A stretch of DNA of 64,000 bases from Guillardia theta CCMP2712 (Eukaryota; Protista; Cryptophyta): assembly GCF_000315625.1 (NCBI RefSeq), contig NW_005434618.1, positions 145,038 to 209,037 of the forward strand, written 5' to 3'. The translations under genes and the position numbers were made by a program. A model generated the notes under the pieces. It was given only the letters and a program-made list of their open reading frames with translations, had not been told where the DNA came from and ran no database searches. Position 1 is the first letter of the stretch. Each line of letters opens with the position of its first letter. Shown piece by piece: positions 51,701-64,000 of the stretch.

Positions 51701-54700
51701 GGTACGGGGCATGCCGATGACGTCGACGGCGGTAGTCTGTGTAGCGCCGAGAGGGGGTCCGGGGGCGGTCGGGGTATCGGTGAGCAACAACGGAGTGGAT
51801 GAAGGGCAAACAAGGGGCGGGTTCGTGTACAGCGGTGATCTTAAGGTAATACGCAAGGTCACCCCAAGCTCAGGGCCGTTGGCTGGGGGTACCAACGTGA
51901 CCATAGCAGTCGACGGTTTGCGTCGGGCGGCGTTGTCATGGACGACAGAGAGACCTTGGGGTTGCGTTTTTGGAACCTCAGTCGTGCAAGCACAAGCTTT
52001 GACCACGTCGCTGATCAGCTGTAAGTCGCCTACAAGCTTGCGGGCAGGAGAAACGAAGATAGAGATAGAACTGTCCAACCATGGTCCAACATTGAGTATA
52101 GAGTCTGCATTCGTCTACTACGAGGGGCCAGAGGTGAGCTCGGTGGTGCCCAGCATAGGGAGACAGACGGGAGGTATGGTGGTAAGTGTCGTGGGCCAGG
52201 GCCTCATATCCCGAGATCCCGTTTGTCAATTTGGCCCGTCCATAGTCCAGGGCAAGGACGTTACGAGCCTTAGCTCATCATTGCTGCTATGTACCACGCC
52301 CGCATCACTGCTTGGCAGTACGGTAGTCAGGCTGCAGGTGAGCCTCAACGGAGGCGCGGACTTCTCCGGATCTGCAGTCGAGTACGCATATGAGGCCGGG
52401 GCTACGGTGGACGAGGTGAGGCCGTCCGCGGGAGATAGCGGGGTCGACGGGCAGACCGTGACGGTGATAGGCCGCCACTTCGGGTCGGGACAAGGGCTGA
52501 GCTGCTTGTTCGGGACAAGGGGGCGGGTACGGGGCATGCCGATGACGTCGACGGCGGTAGTCTGTGTAGCGCCGAGAGGGGGTCCGGGGGCGGTCGGGGT
52601 ATCGGTGAGCAACAACGGAGTAGAAGGAGAGACCGCTAGCGGCATCGTCAGCGTGAGGTATGAGTACCGCTCAGGGATGTCAGCAAAGTCCGTGGTACCT
52701 AGTCAGGGACCGTCAGTGGGAGGAACGGTCGTGAGAGTGATGCTTGAAGGGACGATCGGAGGTGAGGACGGGACTGGGGAGTGGCTCTGTGTATTCGGAG
52801 ACTCTATGAGCCGCGGGCAATTGAACGTGTCATCGCCGGACAACGCTTCCGTGGCATGCAATCTGCCACCATCGATGCCCTCTACCGTCTCTGTACAAGT
52901 GCGACGACCGAGTGGACAGAAGCTATCAGGGGACCTAAGGTTCCAGTACGTACTTCAAGCCAGGCTCATAAGTGTATCTCCAAGTCAAGGTGGAGCAGGG
53001 GGAGGATCGAGGGTGACCATCACAGGAGAGGGAATCGGGCGAGAGGGGCTGAGGTGCTGGTTTGGGGACAAGGCCGTGGAGGGGAGAGGCGTGGAGTGGA
53101 TATCGTCAAGCCTGGTGACGTGCATGACTCCAGAGCTTAACATCTATGATGGCGTAGTATCGATCGGCCTCGAACGGATTTTTTTCGTTTCAGAGGGTTT
53201 GCAATATCGAGTGTACAGTCTACCAGAGGTTTACAGTATAATGCCCTCGATGCTACATGCCGGCACTAAATCTTCAGCAGTGACCTTGACGGGTCATTTT
53301 GGAGTCTCTCCAGGCCCATTGTTTTGCAGAGTCTCAGGAACGAGTCTGTTCCCTGCAGAGATAATGTCAATTTCCCACGTTCGTTGCCAGATTTTCTCGA
53401 AAGTCACGGGTACGTTCGTAATGGATTTGGCATATTCTCTAGGGGATCGTCTCGCACAATTTGTCAAGGTTTTGTTTGTTCCCCAGCTTTGTAGATTTTC
53501 TATGGTGCCTACATCGGGACCTGATTCAGGAAGTACACGGATAAGGATTTCACTCCATGATTGCCATTTTTCGAGATCTGCTGCTGTGTCTTTTGGCTTT
53601 CAGAGAACGAGCTCGTCTCAACTTACCTCCACGCTTTTGATATGCTATAGCCCTGCTTTGACTTCTGACGCGAATACTTCTGTACGTGTCCAATTGTCTT
53701 CGCCCTCGTCTGGAATTCCTCTCACACTAGGGCAGCTATTTGTCTATTTCAAGACTCCGGTGGTGTCAAAGGTGTTTCCTTCATTTGACACGATACTGGG
53801 AAGGTCGAGTGTGCTTATTGAAGGGGTTGAATTTCCACCGGCTAGCATTGCGTGCAAGTTTGGTCAACGAGTTTCAAACGAATCTGAATGGTTGTCTTCA
53901 TCGGCGCTGTCGTGCACCGTACCACCAACAGATGCCACGCAAACTGTCAAACTCTATGTGAGTTTCAATCACGGCGTGGACTTCACAGATTCCCAGGTAG
54001 ATTTCATGTACACTGCACTGATGACCACAACACGAATCGTACCGACGGCGGTACCGCTTAATGCCTTGAGTGCAATTACACTTTACGGTTCTCATTTCTC
54101 AGATATGGAGGATTTGAGCTGTAGCATTGGATCTAGATTACGTGTTCCAGCCTTCTTTCAATCTTCAAGCATCGTAAAGTGTACAATTAATCAATTGGTT
54201 CCAGGGCGTTACACTCTGAAAGTCAGTAGTGAAGGTACTTCATTCCGAGATAGAAATGGTCCAGTGTTGGAGGTTTTGCCCAGGTCTGGTCGTTTATTGC
54301 TATGGCCAACTTTAGGACCTGTGTTGGGTGGAACAAGAATATGGTTGTCGTTTGTAGATCCCATGGATTATAACGAAATTCTGGTGGTGAAATTTGGTAC
54401 AATTGAGGTGGTAGGTAAACTGTACAACCATTCTCATATCTTGCTTGTGGCTCCACCGTCAAAGGCTCGATCCCCGTGCGTTGTACAAGTGCAGTCATCA
54501 CTTCCCTATCCAATATCTACCCGATATCAGTATTACCTCCCTCCAATGGTCAATGGCATCTCTCCATCTGTTGGGCATGTTGGCGATTCTGACATTCGGA
54601 TATATATATCTGGAACTTTATTCCAACCTGACTTGCTTAGGGTAAGGTTCGGAACAGAAACATTAGATGCTAAAAAGACTACTTTCGTAACTTCCACCTT

Positions 54701-57700
54701 GCTGCTCTGTAGTGCACCTATCGTATATCATGAACGAGTGGTACATGTCACTTTTACGGTTGATGGTCAAGAATACCTTGATGGTGTAGAAGTCTCAAGA
54801 TTCGTCTATGTAAAGACTCCTCAGGTTTTCGAAGTAGTGCACAACCATTGCATCAGAGATGAGGATTTGATTACAGTTGTTGGAGACAGCTTTTCAGAAC
54901 TGTCAGTTTCTGAATGTCGATTTGCACATAGAACGACAACTCGTGGCTTTCTGATGTCTTCTTCAGCGATAACATGCTCTGTGCCACAAATTTCCTACAA
55001 GCAAACTCTGCTCAACATTGTGGTTGATGGAAGGAAGATCTTCAAGTCTGAAATTTCAAAATGTCAGCGCGATGGAGTCAGAATACATCCAAGTCTTGGT
55101 CCCAGCACCGGAGGATCCCAAATATTGGTGGAGAGCCAACATCAAGAAATGCGCCCTCGTGACCCAGTACGGTGCTGGTTCAGACAATCTGTAGTACAAG
55201 GGAGATGGATAGCCTCAAACAAAGTTGAATGTATTTCACCTCCTTTCTCAGGTCTACATAATTCCACAGAAGCTGTAACACTGTCAGTTATCAGCGGAAG
55301 CTACAAAATGGAATCCATATTCTTATACTTTGTACCATCCCAAATATACGACATTACCCCAAGGACAACTTATGCCGGCACATCTCAAACATTGACAGTG
55401 ATTGGACAGGCATTTCATGGCGAGCTTGTGCCATCTTGCATCTTCAATCGCTTGACGAGAAGAAGCGATGTGAAAACATTGTCATCAACAAAACTCGTGT
55501 GCAATGTCGGCAACTTGCAGGCATCAAATTATTTCCTTACAATTGAGTACAAGTACACAGGTAATCAAAGTTCAACGAACCCGATTTTGATCGAGCTCCT
55601 GAAGCCTCCACAAATTGAATCACTGACCTCCGAGATGAAAACTAGCAACCCCCCGATCATACAATTGAGAGGCAAACATTTCAATCCGTACCAGCATCGT
55701 CTTGACTGCTGGTTCGGCTTCCGAGTGAGCACTCCAGCCCTCTATTCCAGCTCTACTCTGGTCAAGTGTGCCGTGCCGAAGCTCCTTCCCGGTACCGTCG
55801 CTGTTTACTTGGGCGATGAGCAGGGCATACATGGCAATAGCAACGGTCAATACACGGTCGTAAGTAGGGGACATGTCCATGCAGTCGAGCCGAGCAGCGG
55901 GCCGGTGACAGGAGGTACCGCCGTCGTCATGAGCGTGCGAGGAGGTGCAGGCTTTGCGTCAGCTATCTTCTGTCGTATTGGGGAAGGTCAGGTGGTGCAG
56001 GCCCAAGCGCTCAGCAGCTCCAGGATCCTTTGCACCATGCCGGCTGTACAGAAGAGCGGGACAGTGCTGATACGGGCAGTAGAGGGAGCCCAAGGGTCGA
56101 GTAGGGGCCTTGAGGGAGAAGTGAGGTATGTTTACTACAATGAGCCTGTGGTGACTCGCGTGGAGCCAAGCAGTGGCGCTCTGGAAGGGGGTACCATGCT
56201 GAGCCTGTATGGGCGGGGGCTGGAAGAAGGCAGCAATCTAACGTGCAGGTTCGGGACCGGAGATGCGGTCGCAGGCCGGCAAGAGACTTCTACGATGGCC
56301 ACCTGTGTTGCACCCCCGCGCCCAGTCAAGGACGTCGTCTGGTTGCAGGTGAGCCTCAACGGAGGCGCGGACTTCTCCGGATCTGCAGTCGAGTACGCAT
56401 ATGAGGCTGGGGCTACGGTGGACGAGGTGAGGCCGTCCGCGGGAGATAGCGGGGTCGACGGTCAGACCGTGACGGTGATAGGCCGCCACTTCGGGTCGGG
56501 ACAAGGGCTGAGCTGCTTGTTCGGGACAAGGGGGCGGGTACGGGGCATGCCGATGACGTCGACGGCGGTAGTCTGTGTAGCGCCGAGAGGGGGTCCGGGG
56601 GCGGTCGGGGTATCGGTGAGCAACAACGGAGTGGATGAAGGGCAAACAAGGGGCGGGTTCGTGTACAGCGGTGATCTTAAGGTAATACGCAAGGTCACCC
56701 CAAGCTCAGGGCCATTGGCTGGGGGTACCAACGTGACCATAGCAGTCGACGGTTTGCGTCGGGCGGCGTTGTTATGGAAGTCGGAAATGCCTTTGTGGTG
56801 TTTATTCCGGGGAATTTCGGAAAACAGAAACGCAGTAAGGGGACGGGCTTTGACCACGTCGCTGATCAGCTGTAAGTCGCCTACAAGCTTGCGGGCAGGA
56901 GAAACGAAGATAGAGATAGAACTGTCCAACCATGGTCCAACATTGAGTATAGAGTCTGCATTCGTCTACTACGAGGGGCCAGAGGTAAGCTCGGTGGTGC
57001 CCAGCATAGGGAGACAGACGGGAGGTATGGTGGTAAGTGTCGTGGGCCAGGGCCTCATATCCCGAGATCCCGTTTGTCAATTTGGCCCGTCCATAGTCCA
57101 GGGCAAGGACGTTACGAGCCTTAGCTCATCATTGCTGCTATGTACCACGCCCGCATCACTGCTTGGCAGTACGGTAGTCAGGCTGCAGGTGAGCCTCAAC
57201 GGAGGCGCGGACTTCTCCGGATCTGCAGTCGAGTACGCATATGAGGCCGGGGCTACGGTGGACGAGGTGAGGCCGTCCGCGGGAGATAGCGGGGTCGACG
57301 GGCAGACCGTGACGGTGATAGGCCGCCACTTCGGGTCGGGACAAGGGCTGAGCTGCTTGTTCGGGACAAGGGGGCGGGTACGGGGCATGCCGATGACGTC
57401 GACGGCGGTAGTCTGTGTAGCGCCGAGAGGGGGTCCGGGGGCGGTCGGGGTATCGGTGAGCAACAACGGAGTAGAAGGAGAGACCGCTAGCGGCATCGTC
57501 AGCGTGAGGTATGAGTACCGCTCAGGGATGTCAGCAAAGTCCGTGGTACCTAGTCAGGGACCGTCAGTGGGAGGAACGGTCGTGAGAGTGATGCTTGAAG
57601 GGACGATCGGAGGTGAGGACGGGACTGGGGAGTGGCTCTGTGTATTCGGAGACTCTATGAGCCGCGGGCAATTGAACGTGTCATCGCCGGACAACGCTTC

Positions 57701-60700
57701 CGTGGCATGCAATCTGCCACCATCGATGCCCTCTACCGTCTCTGTACAAGTGCGACGACCGAGTGGACAGAAGCTATCAGGGGACCTAAGGTTCCAGTAC
57801 GTACTTCAAGCCAGGCTCATAAGTGTATCTCCAAGTCAAGGTGGAGCAGGGGGAGGATCGAGGGTGACCATCACAGGAGAGGGAATCGGGCGAGAGGGGC
57901 TGAGGTGCTGGTTTGGGGACAAGGCCGTGGAGGGGAGAGGCGTGGAGTGGATATCGTCAAGCCTGGTGACGTGCATGACTGTAGCAATGAATGAGGCGGG
58001 AGGATATTCCAAGATCTTGCTTTATTTTCAGGGACAGATTTGTGGACCACCCGTAATTTATAATGGTGTTGGTATTCCCCTTCTCAAGAGTATCAGTCCT
58101 TCTATTGGTATTGTCAACCTTCAAGGTCAGATTGCAACCTTGATAGGAGAGGGCTTTCATCTCAATGCTGCTTCAGTCTACTGTAGGCTTGGCTTAGGAC
58201 ACACAGTACGTGCTGTAAGTGTATCATCATCAATGGCTGTGTGTACAGTACCTTTGGTCAAACAGGCTGGACTTTCTCAGTTCACATGTTCGCCATACAA
58301 GCAACCGAGTGGCAGTGAGCAAAGTCTACAGTACTTGTTCTTGGACATAGGAAGAATTGATGCTATCTTTCCCACAGCTGGACCCATACGTGGAGGCAGT
58401 AGTGTAAGCGTGATTGGTCTGAAAGAACATGAAATTAGCTTCAAATACAGGTGCCGATTTGGGAACGATGAGGTGCAAGGAAGCTTTGTTGGAAACCATA
58501 CTTTGGTCTGCACCTCTCCTCAAACTAATCAAGAAGGAAGAGTTACTGTCTCAGTATTTGCCAATAGATACAGCCTGGACAATGGTCAAGTTTACGAGTA
58601 TTTCCTCTCTCCAGCCCTAAAGAGAATAGATCCATCTGTGGTAGGTAGGGGAGGTGGCCAGATTGTGAGCGTCTACGGCACTGGCTTTCGGCAAGGAGGG
58701 ATTTCGTGTGGATTTGGCAGCGGCTTCTCCATAGCAGCTGGCCGATGGCAATCTTCTAGTCTAGTACTATGCTTCACCATACCCTCTAACCAAACTACAA
58801 CAAGATCGCTGGAGATCAGCTTGAATGGAGGGTATGACTTCACTGATAGCGGTGCAGAGATACTATACGAGGACGGAGCTGTCTTGACAGGTGTGAGCCC
58901 TTCGAGAGCGATGAGCGATACGCCCAACCAGGTTGTCACCATTTCCGGAGACTCTTTCAAGCAAGGCTGTCGACATGTCTGTCACTTTGGAACAAGTGCA
59001 GAAACGCGTGCTGTATATCTCACGTCATCCAGCTTGGTATGCTCCGTGCCAAGGAGCAAGCCGAGCACTGTTTTGTTGACAGTAGCTCAGGATGGGTTGA
59101 AGAGTGAGGAAGGGGTTTGGTTTGTTTACGAGCATTATCATTCAGCTGACTTGAGCCCGAGCACTGGGTCATCCTTGGGGGGCACAGAAGTGACGGTTCG
59201 GAGCAACACGCTTCAAGACACCTATACGGAAGGAGGCTGTTGGTTTGGCAGTGCGTATGTGCCAGGACGCATCGTTGCTCGTAACAGTCTTGTCTGTGTC
59301 AGCCCACAGTACCTTGGCAACGACAAAGTGGTAGGGGTGAAGGTCATGCTGCACCGAGCGGAAGGAGGAGATGTGTACCTGGATACGAGTTTCGCATACA
59401 GGGTTCCGGCGTTGACTGATAGAGTTACTCCGACCGTGGGATCGAAGAACGGAGGTACTTCTGTGCTCGTTGTTGGATCCAACCTAGAGCCATCACATAG
59501 ATGCCTGTTCGGCGGAGTTGAGGCAGCCCGTTCCCAGCTGATATCATCATCGGCTCTTGAGTGTCTTACACCTGCATCAAGCTTTGTTGGACGTGTTGTT
59601 GTACAAGTGAGCCTTGACGGCAGTATAGAAATGTCTGCCATGAAGCTGAGCTTCACATATGCACCTGATGCAACGGTACACTTTGCGAACATGGGCTCGA
59701 TGGTATATCAGAGTGTTGTGGTTCTGACTGGAGAGCACTTTCAGGACAGCAATTCACTGACGTGCAAATTTGGTGGATCCAAATCAGTACTTGGTTTATA
59801 TCAGACTTCAACCCTGGTGCAATGCTCTGTGCCGATGCTTGATACTGGCACATATGCTGTCGGAATCAGTAACAATGGAGTAGATCGCGGAGTAGGTGCT
59901 GCAGTGGTCCAGTATAGGTATGCGATACAGATCTTTGATGTAACTCCTAGCCAGGGATCACTGTCAGGAGGAGGGCAGATCACTGTCCATGGAAGTGGTT
60001 TTCCTACACAAGATGGCCCCGCGTTGTGCTGGGTAGACCAGGTGTCTTCAGTTGCGATCGCTCAGCATTCGTCGCATGTGGTATGCATATTACCAGGACG
60101 GCAAGAGGCTGGTGTTGTAGACGTCTACTTGCAGTGGGGACGAGTAGCTGGGAGGAGTACTCATGTTCTATTTGAATATATCAATCCTGCGGAAATCGTG
60201 GGCATCATGCCGAGTGTCGGGAGCCTCAAGCCACGTTCAGGGTCAAGGGTAACTGTCATTGGGTCAGGCTTCGACGCGGGAGTGGGGCTGCGATGTCGAT
60301 TTGGTAACGCGAATTGTACAAGGTCCGCAGTGAAGTGGGTAACGTCCAGTCTAATACAGTGCTTGGTACCCGAACAATCTGTGCCGGGACCTGTAGAAGT
60401 GAAAGTCAGCAATGATGGAGGGAGGGAGTACTCGACAAACGGACCAGCTTTTCTTTACGAGGACCCCCCTTCTGTACACGGGATATTTCCAAAAGTCATC
60501 AGGCCAGGGGTCTCACATCAAAGCACGATATCTGTGATTGGGAAGCTTTTCAAGAACGTACCAAATTATGTATCGTGTCTCTATGGCAGTAATAGTATCA
60601 TACAGGGGGATTACATCTCATCGACACTCATTGTCTGCCAAACACCGAGAAATGTCAGTGGGACAGTGGCTGTTGCGGTCAGGACAGGTTGGCATGGGTT

Positions 60701-63700
60701 TGTGTCGGGGCCAGGATGTTTTGTGTCTGTGCTAGGAGCTCAATCCTTCATGATTCAACCTACCTCTGGCCCATTGAGTGGAGGGACCCTTGTAACAATT
60801 ACTGGGATCCACTCCGGCATGTATGATACAACAGAAGAAATCTGCTGTTTCTTTGGGCACAACGGTACGAAAGTCACTTTGCTAAGCACTTCAGCCGTCC
60901 TTTGCACAGTGCCGGCAAGCTTCAGGTATGGTGTGGTTACCGTGAGTGTACTTACGACATGCCGAGCAAGTGGTACCCTTGTGGGCACGAGGCCCTTTCT
61001 GTACCTGCCGGCAGTACATGTCGTCGATATCTATCCAAGACGAGGGTCCCAACATGGCCGATCATCAATACGAATCATAGGAATAGGCTTCTTGGGAGAC
61101 CGAGCAAGGTGTAAACTTGGGAATCTGTCTTCTCCCGAGGATGGAACGAGGATTGTCTCCTCCACTCTCATCGAATGCATTGCTCCTATTTCCGAGGCAA
61201 TAGGTCAGACCTTGGTCAGAGTAAGCTTGGACGGTGGGCAGACGTTCTCATCAGACGAGGTGGTCTTCACATACGAGGCTGACCCGACCGTGCTCTCTCT
61301 TCAGCCTTCAACAGCCTACAGCAAGATGAGCAACCAAGTTGTGACTGTCCACGGAAGGCATTTCACCGACGCCGGAGATCTTCTCTGTTGGTTTGGAGCA
61401 GGCCATGTCGTACGCGCTTTGTATGTGTCTTCTGTGAGAGTGCTGTGCTCTATTCCAGAGCAAAAGCCTGGTATGGTAAGAGTGACTGTGACCAAGGATG
61501 GTCATAATAATGCTCCTATCGATGCTTTAGCTTCTGCCTACTTGTTGTATCTGTATTACAACAAAGGAATGAACTCTAGATTTACAATCTGGCCGACCAG
61601 CGGTCCATCTCTGGGAGGCTCAGTCGTACGACTGGTTGGTATTCAGGACTCACTGAAGATCTCAACTTGTTTATTTGATTACCAGACGGTCAACGTCGCA
61701 GTTTACAACCACAGCATTGCATGTGTATCCCCTGCACATGGAGAAACAGGTTCTGTCAAAATACAGCTCGTCCCATCGAGTCTATCCTCTCTCTCTGGCG
61801 TGGTGGACTTTGATCAAGCCGTGACTTTCTTCTATTATGATGATCCTGTCGTTGACAGTGCGTTCTGGGTTGGGCAATCTGGCGGAGGTACGGCCTTCGT
61901 CAGTGTACTTGGCAGACATCTCATGGCCAATCACTCCATGTGTCGATTGACTTTTGAGTCTGGAGACAGCAAGGTACTCCCAGGCACGAGCCAGACTTCC
62001 ACCAAGATTCTTTGTGTGTCTCCTCCTCTTCCGCAAAGCGTAGGCAGGACTTGGGTATCGATCAGTTTGAACGATGGTGTAGACTTCACCTCAAGTAACA
62101 CCCTAGTATCGACAAGCAGCAAGATCGATGTAAAGAGTGTGTGGCCGTCCACAGGAGGTACAGATGGAGACATGGTGATTACAATCTTTGGTGCGATGTT
62201 CTATCCGCGCCAGCATCGTCTTGACTGCTGGTTCGGCTTCCGAGTGAGCACTCCAGCCCTCTATTCCAGCTCTACTCTGGTCAAGTGTGCCGTGCCGAAG
62301 CTCCTTCCCGGTACCGTCGCTGTGTACTTGGGCGATGAGCAGGGCATACATGGCAATAGCAACGGTCAATACACGGTCGTAAGTAGGGGACATGTCCATG
62401 CAGTCGAGCCGAGCAGCGGGCCGGTGACAGGAGGTACCGCCGTCGTCATGAGCGTGCGAGGAGGTGCAGGCTTTGCGTCAGCTATCTTCTGTCGTATTGG
62501 GGAAGGTCAGGTGGTGCAGGCCCAAGCGCTCAGCAGCTCCAGGATCCTTTGCACCATGCCGGCTGTACAGAAGAGCGGGACAGTGCTGATACGGGCAGTA
62601 GAGGGAGCCCAAGGGTCGAGTAGGGGCCTTGAGGGAGAAGTGAGGTATGTTTACTACAATGAGCCTGTGGTGACTCGCGTGGAGCCAAGCAGTGGCGCTC
62701 TGGAAGGGGGTACCATGCTGAGCCTGTATGGGCGGGGGCTGGAAGAAGGCAGCAATCTAACGTGCAGGTTCGGGACCGGAGATGCGGTCGCAGGCCGGCA
62801 AGAGACTTCTACGATGGCCACCTGTGTTGCACCCCCGCGCCCAGTCAAGGACGTCGTCTGGTTGCAGGTGAGCCTCAACGGAGGCGCGGACTTCTCCGGA
62901 TCTGCAGTCGAGTACGCATATGAGGCCGGGGCTACGGTGGACGAGGTGAGGCCGTCCGCGGGAGATAGCGGGGTCGACGGTCAGACCGTGACCGTGATAG
63001 GCCGCCACTTCGGGTCGGGACAAGGGCTGAGCTGCTTGTTCGGGACAAGGGGGCGGGTACGGGGCATGCCGATGACGTCGACGGCGGTAGTCTGTGTAGC
63101 GCCGAGAGGGGGTCCGGGGGCGGTCGGGGTATCGGTGAGCAACAACGGAGTGGATGAAGGGCAAACAAGGGGCGGGTTCGTGTACAGCGGTGATCTTAAG
63201 GTAATACGCAAGGTCACCCCAAGCTCAGGGCCGTTGGCTGGGGGTACCAACGTGACCATAGCAGTCGACGGTTTGCGTCGGGCGGCGTTGTCATGGACGA
63301 CAGAGAGACCTTGGGGTTGCGTTTTTGGAACCTCAGTCGTGCAAGCACAAGCTTTGACCACGTCGCTGATCAGCTGTAAGTCGCCTACAAGCTTGCGGGC
63401 AGGAGAAACGAAGATGTCGTTGGTGGACGATCTTGGTAACGTCGTTGTCAAGGGCAAGTCTGCATTCGTCTACTACGAGGGGCCAGAGGTAAGCTCGGTG
63501 GTGCCCAGCATAGGGAGACAGACGGGAGGTATGGTGGTAAGTGTCGTGGGCCAGGGCCTCATATCCCGAGATCCCGTTTGTCAATTTGGCCCGTCCATAG
63601 TCCAGGGCAAGGACGTTACGAGCCTTAGCTCATCATTGCTGCTATGTACCACGCCCGCATCACTGCTTGGCAGTACGGTAGTCAGGCTGCAGGTGAGCCT

Positions 63701-64000
63701 CAACGGAGGCGCGGACTTCTCCGGATCTGCAGTCGAGTACGCATATGAGGCCGGGGCTACGGTGGACGAGGTGAGGCCGTCCGCGGGAGATAGCGGGGTC
63801 GACGGGCAGACCGTGACGGTGATAGGCCGCCACTTCGGGTCGGGACAAGGGCTGAGCTGCTTGTTCGGGACAAGGGGGCGGGTACGGGGCATGCCGATGA
63901 CGTCGACGGCGGTAGTCTGTGTAGCGCCGAGAGGGGGTCCGGGGGCGGTCGGGGTATCGGTGAGCAACAACGGAGTAGAAGGAGAGACCGCTAGCGGCAT
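36796..64000 (+). CDS. giant secreted/cell-surface IPT/TIG (Ig-like) repeat protein, >9,000 aa, truncated by the window end
   Basis: Signal peptide MMPKLEIICRILILLIACGFR|ELSC; introns at ~36860-36902, 37184-37233 and 38126-38167. One reading frame then runs from 38169 to 64000 with repeated P.SGP..GGT.VTI.G.NF...C.FG...S...C..P...V.VS.NG.DF units. The ORF track shows no stop-terminated + ORF in that frame after 38169. Confidence 0.93.
37716..37757. repeat. 21-bp in-frame tandem duplication (SNNLVDF x2)
   Basis: tcgaacaatttggtggatttc repeated twice. Confidence 0.9.
47298..52645. repeat. copy A of a >=5.3-kb near-identical direct repeat (partner 58653-64000, offset 11,355 bp)
   Basis: Shadow ORFs recur at a constant offset (47814/59169, 48806/60161, 50427/61782, 52226/63581). 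Confidence 0.95.
51508..51796. repeat. 289-bp single-IPT-domain unit, six copies (51508, 52333, 56344, 57184, 62863, 63688)
   Basis: tgcaggtgagcctcaacggaggcgcggac...gagcaacaacggagt repeated nearly exactly. Confidence 0.93.
55691..57980. repeat. copy B: 2.3-kb duplicate of 50855-53129 (offset 4,836 then 4,851 bp)
   Basis: Identical shadow ORFs at 51402/56238 and 52781/57632; the offset shifts by 15 bp at a replaced patch. Confidence 0.95.
58653..64000. repeat. copy C of the long direct repeat (partner 47298-52645), runs off the window
   Basis: Begins at ggtggccagattgtgagcgtc; about 8 point differences and one 41-nt replaced patch relative to copy A, counted by eye. Confidence 0.95.

Noticed and set aside
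51624-63492. SNP sharing among copies A/B/C as proof of recombination
   Set aside because: With only three copies every site pattern fits one unrooted tree, so it is not formal evidence; only the clustered patches are informative
51508-63976. Repeat-plus-variable-spacer pattern as a CRISPR array, DGR or LTR element
   Set aside because: Repeats are 289 bp to >5 kb and protein-coding in frame. No cas, reverse transcriptase or integrase gene is visible, and the patch changes are not adenine-specific
38272-64000. Dozens of short ORFs on both strands in the ORF track
   Set aside because: They are shadow/antisense frames of the single giant IPT ORF and repeat only because the DNA repeats
1-64000. 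tRNA, rRNA, telomeric repeats or autonomous transposons
   Set aside because: None recognisable by eye; tRNAscan/Rfam were not run

Overview
Gene-dense eukaryotic nuclear DNA with many ~40-50 nt spliceosomal introns, bipartite plastid-targeting presequences and GC-rich intergenic islands. The style suggests a cryptophyte alga such as Guillardia theta; this is inference, not verified. The first ~36 kb holds about 15 intron-rich genes: ELL-like factor, a divergent three-repeat TBP-fold protein, a small plastid membrane protein, a multicopper-oxidase homolog lacking most copper ligands, an SDR-ABHD12-like fusion, a MORN/RSPH1-like protein, a thylakoid FKBP, a Reeler-ferric reductase fusion, a WPW-repeat membrane protein, a Cys-less pentameric ion channel, a NIPA Mg transporter, PEX16 and a BT1 folate/biopterin transporter. 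From ~36.8 kb to the end lies one giant secreted/surface IPT/TIG-repeat gene. The ORF track misses it because its >25.8-kb exon has no stop inside the window (>9,000 aa in total). It is built from nested, near-identical, in-frame duplications (offsets 11,355, 4,836/4,851 and 825/840 bp) that carry short wholesale-replaced patches, suggesting ongoing expansion and cassette-like diversification of Ig-fold domains. Exon boundaries are manual estimates.
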